From positions 11,782,001 through 11,846,000 of the forward strand of contig OZ076409.1 of NCBI GenBank assembly GCA_964187785.1: a stretch of DNA of 64,000 nucleotides, written 5' to 3'. This document shows, in pieces, positions 22,711-34,600 of the stretch (position 1 is the first letter of the stretch; every line of letters starts with the position of its first letter). The position numbers and the translations under genes were made by a program. Under the pieces are notes generated by a model. That model did not search any database. It saw only the letters and a list, made by a program, of their open reading frames with translations, and was not told the origin of the DNA. This DNA comes from Amphiscolops sp. MND2022 (taxonomy: Eukaryota).

Positions 22711-25491
22711 TGGGGTCACTATGTAACGCCCAAGATCTAATTACCAAATTTAAAAGGATCTAATGCGTAGGATCTTAGAAGTTTGGCACACTCCTGAGAT
22801 CTGAAGCATAAGGTCTAACGGATGATTCCAAAAAAATCAAACGTAAACTCAGAAGGCGTGAAACTAAGAGCGGGAATAACGTCTAAGGAATAACGTCTAA
22901 AAATCGACCGGGAATAACGTCTAAAGGAATAACATCTAAATCTGAAATGGACGGGAATAACGTCTAAAAAGTGGAAAAGGGTGTAAAAAGCGGAATAACG
23001 TCTACAAAGGATTCGAACCTATTCTTCCAAATCGCGACCTGACGTGCTGACCACTACACCACAGCTCCGATATTTGGGCAATCCGTCTAAACTTATTAAC
23101 GAAATTAGTGGTTGCTAATCCGTCTAATGAGTTTCACACATTATTCCTGTTTTAGAAACGGAACTTTCTGAAAGCAAAAAAAATCATAATGTGGAGCATA
23201 TGCGGTGTATGCACGCTCGCCCTCTCCGTCGCAAAGACCAGCTCCCACTACGATCAATTGGCGATCTCCGTTCCCGCTAGGTCTTTGCTCCTGGTCGACC
23301 TCGCTTAGCAAGATGGGAACAAAAGCGGCCCCAAGGGGCCGCGGGGCACTAGAGGAAATGGGGAAATATCAGAGGCGTTTTATACTTTGAAAAAGTTTAG
23401 ATATTATTCCTTTAGATACTATTCCGTTCTCCCCTTGGGTCTCATTCCGCATTTTAGGTCTTATTCCCACTTTTTTACTTCCAATTTCCGTAACAAATTA
23501 GTTCTAATTCCTGTTTGAGAAAATACGAAAATAGTTCTGTTTCACATGAACGTTTCAGAAATCTTGAGCATGTTAGTCCTAATTTATTTCTAAAGAATAA
23601 CATCTGAAGGGAATAAGATCTAAAATTTTAGATCTTATTCCCCTTTTGGAAGTTGAGCATGTCATAATTTTAGATCTTAATATTTTAGATCTTATTCTTT
23701 AGATCTTATTCCCCTCTCCCCATTCCCGCGGGAGACAGGAATTCGGACTAATGAAATAGGACTAATAATCAAAACTGAAATAGGACTAATGGAAATAGGA
23801 CTAATTCTTTTTTAGTGCCGCCTTAAAACTAATGGAAATGGGACTAATTGAAATAGGACTAAAACAACTTTTGGCACGGAAAATTTGCAATTACGTAGAT
23901 CAAACTGACAAAATCACGACATGTTCAATTGTAAACATCGAACATAAAAGTAGTACAAAAAAACGCAGAAGCGGATAAAAACATGGTACAAAATGCAAAT
24001 TGGAAACGTGGAACATGAAATGAGTACAAAAGTAACGTAATACAACTGATCAACAAAAAACTGATACAATCATTATTTTTTTCCTTCCATTGATTTTATG
24101 AATTAGTCAGATCTCAGATCATTTTATTTAAGAATAAAGTTTTACGTCTCGTAAGTGTCTCAAAATTTTCAGTACTTTCCCCTTCTAATGTGGGGGCGTA
24201 TTCGGTGTATGCACGCTCGCCCTCACCGTCGCAAAGACCAGCTCCCACTGCGATCGCTTCGCCATCTCCGTTCCCGCTAGGTCTTTGCTCCTGTTAGACC
24301 TCGCTTAGCAAGATGGGCACATAAGCGGCCCCAAGGGGCCGCGGGGCACTAGAGGAAATGAGAAATATGAGAGGCACGTTTTATACTTTGAAAACTTTAG
24401 ATATTATTCTTTTAGATGTTATTCCGTTCTCTCCTTGGGTCTCACTCCGCATTTTAGGTCCTATTCTCACTTTTTTAGTTCCAATTCCCGTAACAAATTA
24501 GTTCTAATTCCTGTTTTTAGTTACAATTCCCGTAACAAATTAGTTCTAAATCCTGTTTGAGAATATACGAAATTAGTTCTATTTCATATGAACGTTTCAG
24601 AAATTTTGAGCATGTTAGTCCTAATTCCATTTCTTCAGTCCGATTTCCGTTTCCCCAGCCGCAGTTCTACCCGCTTAGAGGGGGGAATAAGATCTAAAGA
24701 ATAAGATCTAAAATCAAAAAAGGGAATAAGATCTAAAGGGAATAAGATCTAAAATTTCAGGACGGGAATAAGATCTAAAGGGAATAAGATCTAAAATCAA
24801 TGCATTTTAGATCTTATTCCCCTTCTCTAAAGAATAACATCTGAAGGGAATAAGATGTAAAATTTTAGATCTTATTCCCCTTTTGGAAGTTGAGCATGTC
24901 ATAATTTTAGATCTTATTATTTTAGATCTTATTCTTTAGATCTTATTCCCCTCTAGGAGAACGGAATAAGATCGAAAGAATAAGATCGAAAATACGAAAA
25001 TGGAATAAGATCGAACGGAATAAGATCGAATGAAATCGTTCATCGCCTAAGATCGAATGGAATAAGATCGAAAAATTACGGAAAAAAAATATATTACAGA
25101 AACGGGAATACCGTGTAAATTGGGAAAAATCAAGTCAATCAAGATATAAACGTGTCTCGGATATGTCCCCATTTCCTCTAGTGTCCCGCGGCCCCTTGGG
25201 GCCGCTTATGTTCCCATCTTGCTAAGCGAGGTCGAACAGGAGCAAAGACCTAGCGGGAACGGAGATCGCGAAGCGATCGTAGTGTGAGCTGGTCTTTGCG
25301 ACGGTGAGGGCGAGCGTGCATACACCGAATATGCCCCAGATTAGATGGGAAAAATAAACAATATTGATAAACAATTCAAGTCAGGATTCGATCTTATTCA
25401 AGTGAAAATTTTGAGCATGTCAATTTCATTCGATCTTATTCCATTCGATCTTATTCTTTCGATCTTATTCCTGTCTCCCTTCCCCTCTCCC
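22711..25491. mobile_element. Cluster of four foldback/MULE-like non-autonomous elements (~22711-23720, ~23730-24656, 24676-25491, nested 24955-25479)
   Basis: TIRs made of tandem ~13-15-nt units; 9-bp TSDs CTACCCGCT (24667/25492) and TTCCCCTCT (24946/25480). Confidence 0.75.
23007..23064 (-). pseudogene. tRNA-derived fragment inside the foldback element
   Basis: TGGTGTAGTGGT and GGTTCGAATCC boxes without a proper anticodon or acceptor arm. Confidence 0.5.
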
Positions 25492-25859
25492 CTACCCGCT
25501 CGCCCGAAACTCAACTTCATGGGAAAAGTTGACAATCCAAGTCATTTCGAAAATTTCACTCGAGGCGAGTTTTTCGTAGAATCATTTTGAAATCATTCAA
25601 ACATTTTTTCATTCATTCTGAGCAGAGTTTTACGAGAGCAGAACCCCTCATTGATAGATTTCTCGCTGAGAAAGACCGGTCGTAACTGAAAAGATCAGAG
25701 AATGATAGGGAACGTTGAGTTGAAGCGAACGGTTCCAAAAGAAACCACACATAGATTGAAATCCAAATAAAAATGTGTGAAAATGGAAAAGAGGATCATT
25801 TGAATTATTTTGCCACTCGGAACCTCCTTCAGAATTTTTTAAAACATCGACCACATTGA

Positions 25860-26750
25860 AATAAATACGATGTTAATACTTCGATTGACAGTCAGCTCCG
25901 AAAGTGAAGTCAAGAAATTTATTGAAGAGTTTGAGTTTCCCCACAACTGCCTTCCCCCAGGCGTACCCAAGGCTTGTAGTCTGGGAGATCGAATCCGACC
26001 CATTGCACTCTTTCATCTCGCAATTTGCGGTGTTTCCAACAGTTGAAGAAAAGCATTCATGACGCATGTTGGGATTTTGGGGGTGAAAACTTCGGAATGG
26101 GTCGCCATTGGATTCCAATGCGCAACTTCTGTGCATGAAGGTAGCTAACTGATTGAATGTTAACACATCAGTGCCAAATTGTGACATTTCAAATTGCTTC
26201 CTCGATTCAGCACCTAGTTTCTCGAAGAACCAGGACACCAATATTGCATTCCCTGTTTTGATTGTTTCAGCACTGCTACTTCTTTGGATCTCTTTCCACT
26301 CATCAAAAATTTCGACTTATTGACTACTAGTGTGCTAATAGAATACTACTGTACCAATAGAAACCCGTAGCTGCTGATCATCAAGCTTCAGGACCAGATT
26401 GCTACAGGGAACGACGATCAATCACTGCGACCCAAATTAGGTTTGATGAGCGTTGAAAGTTTTCCAATGTTGTTCGTCCGTTTTAACCCACAAGTTCTCA
26501 GCAGTAGGCACCTCCAATTCGTTCGCTAGAAACAACCGTTTCTCAAGCACTCACTTGACCGAAAAATCTTCGAAGATTTCCGCCAAAAGGGTCGATAGCA
26601 AGCCACACGCATCGAAAGCCGAAGCCAAAACACCAAGAAGTGGTTTCAATGATGCGAATGACACCACTTGATTACCTATTACAGCCGCGAAAGTCAGCTG
26701 AACATTCAAAAAGGCGTCAAAACTTACGTTGCACAACTTTAAAAGCTGTT
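25860..26750 (-). pseudogene. Decayed LTR retrotransposon gag-like remnant (BEL/Pao-like)
   Basis: Fragments such as LTFNQLATFMHRSCALES resemble Pao gag; multiple frame breaks. Confidence 0.35.
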
Positions 26751-27049
26751 TTGCGGTGTTTTGTTGTTTTGAAACATTTCCCCAGATGCGTTTGATGAAT
26801 AAAACACGTGCTGGTTCGCAGAAAGTACAGAGGCTTTGGTAAATTCTTTACCAGAGAGATGCTTCTGGTTTTTCCAAGACTTTCTTCAGGTCGTTACATT
26901 CTTTTTCCAATAGGTCTGCCTGGGATTTCACGCCTACCGATAATCCGAGAAGAACTAGTTCATCACTCGTCGGGAAAACTTTTTGAAAAACAGAAGAATC
27001 GTTGATCGTCGTTTATCGGTGACATCACCCTTGAAAACAAATCGCATTT

Positions 27050-27900
27050 GGAGGCTTTTGTATTGAGCACTAGCTTTTTAACTCTTCAATATTTTTGCAA
27101 AATCTTCCAACACGGTTTTGTAATCTTAAGTTGAATTTCTGTCATCCATGAACCATAAGTTCATTTTCGACCACATAATGTCTATCAAGCCTTGAGTGGC
27201 GTCAAAATTTAAAGCTGCTGGTTCAGAGATTCTTTACTGGGTTCATTCACAAGGCTTGATTTCCAATTCACCGTAAAAAGAAGCTTGCAGACTATATGCT
27301 GAGTGTGCGTGCTTGTAAACTTTTGGAAGAAATTCAAGTGTTTTCTCAAACCTGCACTGTCTGTTGACAGAGTTATATGAGTATTCAAAGTAGATCGATT
27401 TCAAAATAATGTTGTCATAAAGTTGGCGACTTTAAACTGAAGTACGAAAAACGTGTGAACCAACGCCTACTTGAAGAATTCCGTACACAACCTTTCGCGA
27501 CAAAAATATGGGAACCAGCAACTTCCGCAGACAGACGCCGAAGAGTGTTTTCAACGCTGTCGGGCTTCGTCAACGCAGTAAATTCAGCACCCCAGAAGTA
27601 AGGTCACAGGTACTCAATTATTCTTCCTTCCAGTATCACAAAAACAAGATTGATCAGAGCTTTCAGCAATTTCAATCCTGTTTGCTTCTTGGACTTGTCA
27701 GTGTAGTCTTTGAAATGTAGAGGCGAAATGTCAACTGAACCTGCACTAGACCCGTTTGTGAAGGACGTCAGTGGTTTGTGCACAGAAAACTCGGCCATTG
27801 AAAAAGATTCTACTTTGGTGAGGTCCGGCGCAGTAAAACTGTCTCATTGTAGATGTTTCGGAATGAGTGCCGCGTAAATGTTGACAGTAAAGTCAGCAAC
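27050..27900 (-). pseudogene. Decayed CRE-like non-LTR retrotransposon RT fragment
   Basis: SFTNGSSAG..ISPLHFKD..GLKLLKALINLV..ILEG parallels ORF 54612-54845. Confidence 0.7.
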
Positions 27901-28017
27901 CTAAATTATCGCACGTTAATTGGACCCATCCGTTGAAAATGTTACCTCATTTGGTGTGTGTCAAGCTCCCCATAAAAACAAAACCTCTTGCCATATTAGG
28001 AGACGAAGGCAAAAAAA

Positions 28018-28217
28018 NNNNNNNNNNNNNNNNNNNNNNNNNNNNNNNNNNNNNNNNNNNNNNNNNNNNNNNNNNNNNNNNNNNNNNNNNNNNNNNNNNN
28101 NNNNNNNNNNNNNNNNNNNNNNNNNNNNNNNNNNNNNNNNNNNNNNNNNNNNNNNNNNNNNNNNNNNNNNNNNNNNNNNNNNNNNNNNNNNNNNNNNNNN
28201 NNNNNNNNNNNNNNNNN
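28018..28217. other. Assembly gap (200 N)
   Basis: Run of exactly 200 N. Confidence 1.
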
Positions 28218-28219
28218 CA

Positions 28220-29210
28220 GACATGTACGCCACATTTGAACACAGAGGCGAAGCCGTGCTTCGCAAACACTTGCGAAGAAAGTTGCGAACTTTTGAAGAA
28301 AACCAAATAAGAAATATCATACGGAGAACCAAACGTAAAAGGAAATTATTGTTAAAATTTCATCAATTTTACAGCGCCAAAAAATACCCGAAGCGATACG
28401 CATAGATCTCGAAAACCATTCTTCTCCAACTGGACACAGCAAAAGACCCATCTTCCTCAACCAAAAACATTTTTTTTAAAAAGAGAAAAAGGAAAAAATT
28501 TCGACATTTTCTGAAAAAATTTTCAACTGAAGGTCTCCGGTAAATCGCACAGTGCCAAAAACCTTGAGCAGTCCTTTATGCTCGCAAAACGTTACGTAAA
28601 TATTGAGGGGGCTTCGATGAAAACAAATTAGAAAAAAAGTCGCATAGAAAAAACAGCGGTCTTTAAAAAAACAAAAATCGGATATAGCGTGCTGGGCCTG
28701 AAGAAAACCTAATTTTAAGACAAAAATTACTCGATTTGAAAAATCTCACAATGTCGAAAACTGTAAAAGGGGGCACTTTGAGATTTTTTTATCATCCATT
28801 GTGTTGCAAAATTTCAAAAATTGAAGCGAGACTTGAAACGAGAATTTTCAACAGTCTCATAGTGCCGAAAAATCTGAAAGGGACCCTTTGGGATTTTAAA
28901 CATTTGTTCTGTTGCAAAAAATTGAAGGGAGGATCCTTCGGGGACATTAAAAAATTTTCGAAAAAAAGTCTCACAAAGCCGAAAAAAAGGGGGGAGTCTC
29001 ATAGTGCCGAAAAAGTGAGAACCTTCTGCTTCGGGATATTTGTAAAAAAAAATTGGCGCATACGCACGGGTTCGAACACGAACCCTCTGGGTTGAAAGGC
29101 AAGCATCTTACCACTAGACCACGAACGCCTGAACTATGCGACTTGCGGGCTGAAACGAGAGTTGTCGCGCGGAAAAAACACCCGCACTTTCCCATAACAC
29201 TTGCTTATCG
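28220..29210 (-). mobile_element. Helentron/DINE-like family sequence with an embedded tRNA-like segment (~29060-29130)
   Basis: Shares GGGACCCTTT and GTCTCATAGTGCCGAAAA blocks; A/B-box-like motifs on the minus strand. Confidence 0.55.
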
Positions 29211-30652
29211 CATGTGTAATAAATTGCTTAGAAATATAGCCCCTGAAAAAGCTTCCTATAAGCCCAGAGGTTTTTCAAAGAGGAAGCCTTCTGAAATGGA
29301 AAGGTTGAATTGTTTTTGAGTTTAGAGTGCAGTAGATAATTGACACCGATTCATCAGTTTCTCAGTAATTTACTCATAAATGAGATTACTATCAGTACAC
29401 GATTAACAAAACTGAAGAGCTCTGAGATTTGGTGAAAGGTTGTTTGAAGTTTCTTTTCGCCCATATAACAATTTTGTCAGGTAATACATCTCATTTATGC
29501 AAAGCATTCATTAGCGTTGTTGCAAGAGAATCTAATCTATCAATTTTTCCTGTGAAGTTCCAAATATCTTGATTACTGTTTCTTGTATGTCTCATTTGGG
29601 TTCCAATATTAAAATTCTTGAAACCATTTCGGATTTGGTTAAGTGAAAACATGAGAATTCCCCAGATGTGATATTGAAAAACTTGCATTTTCAGCTCTTT
29701 CAATTTTTCCATTACACTAACCAGGTTCAAAAGCTACAAGAAATTCGAGAAACTTCTGGAGCATTCAGTGTTTGTTTTTATTCTCGATTTTGTTTTTTTT
29801 TAAGTCGTCAATGCAGCTTTAAACAATACAGGATCACCTAGAGTATACAATTCAAACAAAACAGGTTTACCAATATTTTGAGCATTTGGTTCATTCAACA
29901 CTTTTTTGGAATAAAAAACTCAGTTTCTCTAAACGAACGTATGCTCAGTGCCTAGTTCTGTTCAACTTTCGTAAATTTGATACACACACTAATAAGCGCA
30001 AATCGTACATAATTCGATAGGACGTTCAAGAAATTAAGTTTGACACTTCGTGTCAATTGAAGCATTTTCATCGAATAAAAATCTATATTTTCTAGAGGCA
30101 TGCTAAGCATTCAAAATGTGACATTGTAGAACCCTGTGGGTATTTATTCCCACTAAAACATTCAAATCTTGCACTAAAATGGCATAAAACAGTTATGCTT
30201 GAAAGCCTGCAGGACTGCTAATTTTTTGTTATTAAACTCATTCAAAAATATTGAGGCGTTTTTGGGCATCTTTTTCATACATCTTCAAGAACACAAATGC
30301 TCGGACCTACTTTTATGGTAGTTGAGTTCTGTGAAAGAACGTGAGTCATTTGTGTGTAAAATTGGAACATGGCAAAATTTGGAAAAAAAATGCGGCTGAG
30401 TTCGTAATTTTTTTCCACACATGAAATAAGGGGACAGAAAATGATGAACGTTCAAAATTCAGTAATTAAAATTAGCATGGCTATTACGTAAACATTCGGG
30501 GGGCTAGCCTTAGAGATTATCGTGAAAAAATGCGGGAAAAAGAATCTAGTTAAGTCAAATTTCGACATTTAATACAAATATGATAACAATAAATTTAAAG
30601 GAAACTAACTTCTAATAGAGAACAATTAAGTTATGGAGTTTAGGGAATATAA

Positions 30653-31617
30653 TTAGGATATTTCTAGCACGGTGGTATCGATAGTTGAGAATTGCGAAGT
30701 AGCCCCTGAAGTGGTAATGGTTTCGGAAGGGGCATTACTACTGTCCACTTCTACTTGTATGATACAGGTAGAGCAGCTATTGTTAATGGAGGCATCGATT
30801 CCGCTTCCATCAGCATTGAGCGAACCCGTATTCCCATCTATTTTTTCACTAGAGTGTAAATCTTTCGAAATAATGACATCAGTTGGAACCGCTGATTGTT
30901 GTTCTGCCAGAGCACTGGCACTTCTTCTCTCGTAAGCGGCAGCTCCAATGCTTCTCAACGTCGAGCTCTGTTCCAATGCAGTTTGTAGCGACTGAAGAAG
31001 GAAGCCATTGACTAGAATTTGAGGTGAAACAAGAATGGAGACTTTTTCGGTGCCATTGGTGAGAATGAACTCGGCTTCAACGACAGCGTCTGAAGACTGG
31101 TCTGTGATTCCTGGAATTGTGATCGCTGAGTCATAGTTTGAAAGAGCGTTTGGGTCTCCGCCAACTACAGAAGCACAAACATGATCAGATGTACAAGTCA
31201 ACACAATCGTAGGTACGGGTCCATTGCCAATTGTTGATGCTGCTGGAATAACTGCCTGAGGGTCCGATTCTAAGGTCCGGGGTTCGTTGCTAACCAAGGT
31301 CTCTTCACTGTTTGTTCCTATTAGAGATTGGTTGAAACAGGAGCTCAGCTCTTCCATCATGTTCTCGATTTCAACCTGGTCTAATTTATGCGTTGCACGG
31401 AGATGCTGTCTCAGAGCCGCTTTACTGGCCAGTCTGCGATTGCATAGAGAACACAGCACTGAGTTAGCAGAGAGGTCCGCAATGGTATCTGCAGCGCTGC
31501 CCGGGACATCGTTCAGCGACATAACGGATTCCACGTGAGTTCGGGTCACGTGATCTTTAAGCTGCTGCTTCAATCTGAACTGTTGTCCGCACTGCGTGCA
31601 AATATAGGGTCTTTCAC
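30653..31617 (-). CDS. CTCF: CTCF last exon: ZF10, ZF11 and a long Ser/Thr-rich C-terminus
   Basis: ORF 30653-31624; phase 1 acceptor gives HTG-ERPY; stop at 30653. Confidence 0.9.
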
Positions 31618-34600
31618 CTAGCAAAAAGAAATATAGAAAACTTCGGTGTCATTGCGCGGGAGACTGTTTTCACCAGAGTTTTGACACTGCTAATCAGCGA
31701 TTTAGTGAATTGAGGCGATTATATTAGAGATTCAAATCAGCTGTAACTAATAGATTTTCCAAATTCGAAACTTTCTCGGAAAATACAAGGAGTTTCAAAA
31801 TGAATTTCAAAAAAATGCCAACTCTTCATCCGTAAAACTCACACACTAAAATTCCTTTCTTGCAAAAATTGAATTGAGTTATCAGCTGGGGTGTGGGAGT
31901 TTCAGACCGTGGACCGAAACCCGTAGTGCCAAACCGTAACCCGTAGTTGTGAAAAATACGAACCGTGCACCTTTCTGAGAGATCCGAGCGAATTGTTTAT
32001 TACATTTAACAGCAGTGTTTCTAAGAACAAGCCGGGAACGGCCCAAGTCGGCGCCATATCTAAGGCTCAAAAATAGCAAAAGGACTTCAAAGTGTTAAAG
32101 TATTCTCTTCTAAAGCACCCCAAAAACCCAAAAGTTGGACCGGATTGGCGCGCCAGGTGAAAGCTTTGACATTTTTCATCCCTTCTGTGGCAAATCATCA
32201 AAAAATTGAAGGGTGACCCTTTAATAAAAAAATTGAAGTCTCACAATACCGAAAAAAAACTGAGAGGGGGACCTTTTGGTATTTTTCAACATCCATTCTG
32301 CCGCAAAACTCCAGACAAAATGAAGGCAGAACCTTTACGGAAAATTGTTTTGTCTAAAAGAAGTCGCACTATGTCGAAATAATGAAAAAAATTTTACCGA
32401 AAGTTGCATAGTGCCGACAAATGTAAAAGGGGGGACCCCTTGGGATTTTTTGAACGTCCATTCGGTTGCAAAATATCAAAAAATGAAGGGAGGACCCTTT
32501 GGAGACATTAAAAAAGTTTGCGAAAAAAAGTCACAAAGCCGAAATTACACGCACAAAAAATTTGCTCAAGGGTCAGACTCGAACCCACGTCCTTCTGCTT
32601 GGCAGACATCAAAACTATCCTAATTAACCTCTATGCTAAGTGGCAGTAGAAGTTACAAGTGTGGCAGTTAGTGGACGCAGAGGGCGTTCCCTTATTGCCA
32701 TTTTGGGGCAAGGAAGATGAGTGCTTTTGATGAAAAAAAATTTCTGAAGCAAACCTGTTTTTCTGGAACCGTAAACCGTAGATGATAACCCGTAAACCGT
32801 AATTTCAATTCAACCCGCACGGTTCCACACCCCAGGTTATCAGTTATACTCAAAACATTCTTGAATTCAAACAATTTATAGTGGGGAAAAGTTTTTCAGC
32901 AAAACAGCGATTTTGAAATTAATGGTTTAGAGATTAGAAGAAAAATGAGCGATGTCAAAAACTGGTTTTTACAGAGCTACTAGTGTAATCTTTAGACTGC
33001 GCTACGAGATCAGTGGATTGTTCTTCAACCCATACTCCCAAAATATGTAAGCCCTACCTGTATGAGTCATGCGATGAGCTTTAAGGTGTCGTTGCTGTTG
33101 GCACCTGTAATCACACAGATCACATTTCCACACTTTTTCTCCCCGGTGTTTGCGCAGGTGTTCCTTCAGATTGTGTCTGTCTGGGAAAGACACGTTGCAA
33201 TATCTGCACTTCTGGGGTCTCTGACTCGTGTGCATCTTCAACATGTGTTGCTTCAAGTCACTGCGTCGCCCACACGTTGTATCGCAATATTCACACTGAT
33301 ACCTGTGGGAACACGGAGAGAAACAAGTCAACCCTAATTGATCTGCTGGGCCTTTTATTTCCAAATTTTCGAAAGTTCCAATGGTCAATATCTCCTTAAC
33401 TACACATACCAAAGAAATAAACTACAGGCGTGTTTGAAAAGTCCGATACTGGACTCTCATTTTAATTGGATGAGCCCCTGTCACCGCTCGCCGCATCCAT
33501 CAGAATTTTAGTTTCTTTGTGGTATTGCGGAATGGTAAAGGGTTTTCGCCGTAGTTCAAAGACTTTTGAAAACATCGAATTTTGCCAGAAGAAAACTTCA
33601 GAAAAGTATTAACATTTTTTTGCAAGAAAAATCCATTTTTCTCAGCTTCGGAGAATATTTCACTTTCCCTAATGATTGTGCCGTTCAAACCAAACGGAAT
33701 TAAACAGGGTGGCCACGGTGTCAGGGAGAGCAAAAGTGACTGGTCCTTGTCGGGTCGGTCACTTTTGGTCAGGGTTTCACCTAATTTCGTTTTGCTTTTT
33801 TCCGTGTTACGTATTTCAGATGCTATGAGTGGTTGAAAACGCGACAAAATGGACACTTGCAAGTACAATTCCGCTTGGTTGGAAGACGACGGATTCAAGG
33901 AATGGGTGCAGCGGTCGATCGTGTATCAAAAGCTGCAGTCTTGGCAACATGGGTTCCGGGTCCCTCCAGTTGCACCGAAAGAAACTTTACGCATGCGAAG
34001 CTGGTACAGTTGAAGATCCAAACATCTACCGGGGAAGAACATGCAGGCGAACATAGAATCAACTGACGTGCCAACAACAAGCAAGACTGTTATGATTATG
34101 TCCGCTTGTTTTCCCTGGCGGCTGTGGAGTCAAATAAATATGTCATTCCGAGCTGCTGATGTAGCTGGTGGTGTATTCAAGGTGGTGTATTCAATCCCAA
34201 ATAGCAAAATTGCGAAAGGATACTCATGAGGAAAAACGGAAGCAATGAATTTATTGAAGATTGGGCTCAGCGGATATTTTAACGATCAATTGTTGAAATC
34301 CGCCCGTATGACATCTTCGTACGTGATCGAATTCGACGAATCAATGAACCCACAAACCAAAACATGTCAGATGAATTTTCACGTTCGTTTCTGGTACGAT
34401 GGCCAAGTTGGTACTTTTTACTACGGATCGACTTCACTCGAGCCTGCTAGAGCAGATATTTTGAACGAATTGCGCAAATTCTTCGAGGTAATTATCCGTC
34501 TTTAACTTACCTCGCTTTTAACTTGACATGATAAATTTTTTGTTCAGCTCATGACGAACAAGTTGGTACAAATTGGAATGGACGGGCCCAACGTTATTTG

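Noticed and set aside
23325..23352. Canonical Helitron 3' end (GC hairpin plus CTAG)
   Set aside because: Homology between copies continues past CTAG (AGGAAATG...) and the next base is A rather than T, so it is not an actual terminus here.
22860..25480. Regular GGAATAAGATCTAA-type repeats resembling a CRISPR array
   Set aside because: Units are ~14 nt with no unique 30-40-nt spacers, are arranged as inverted terminal arrays with 9-bp TSDs, and lie in eukaryotic DNA with no cas genes.
27920..28405. ORFs spanning the N run
   Set aside because: Artefacts of translating through the gap.
21125..30653. CFAP61-CTCF linkage as meaningful synteny
   Set aside because: A fixed-size 200-N gap lies between them, so distance and adjacency are not established by this sequence.
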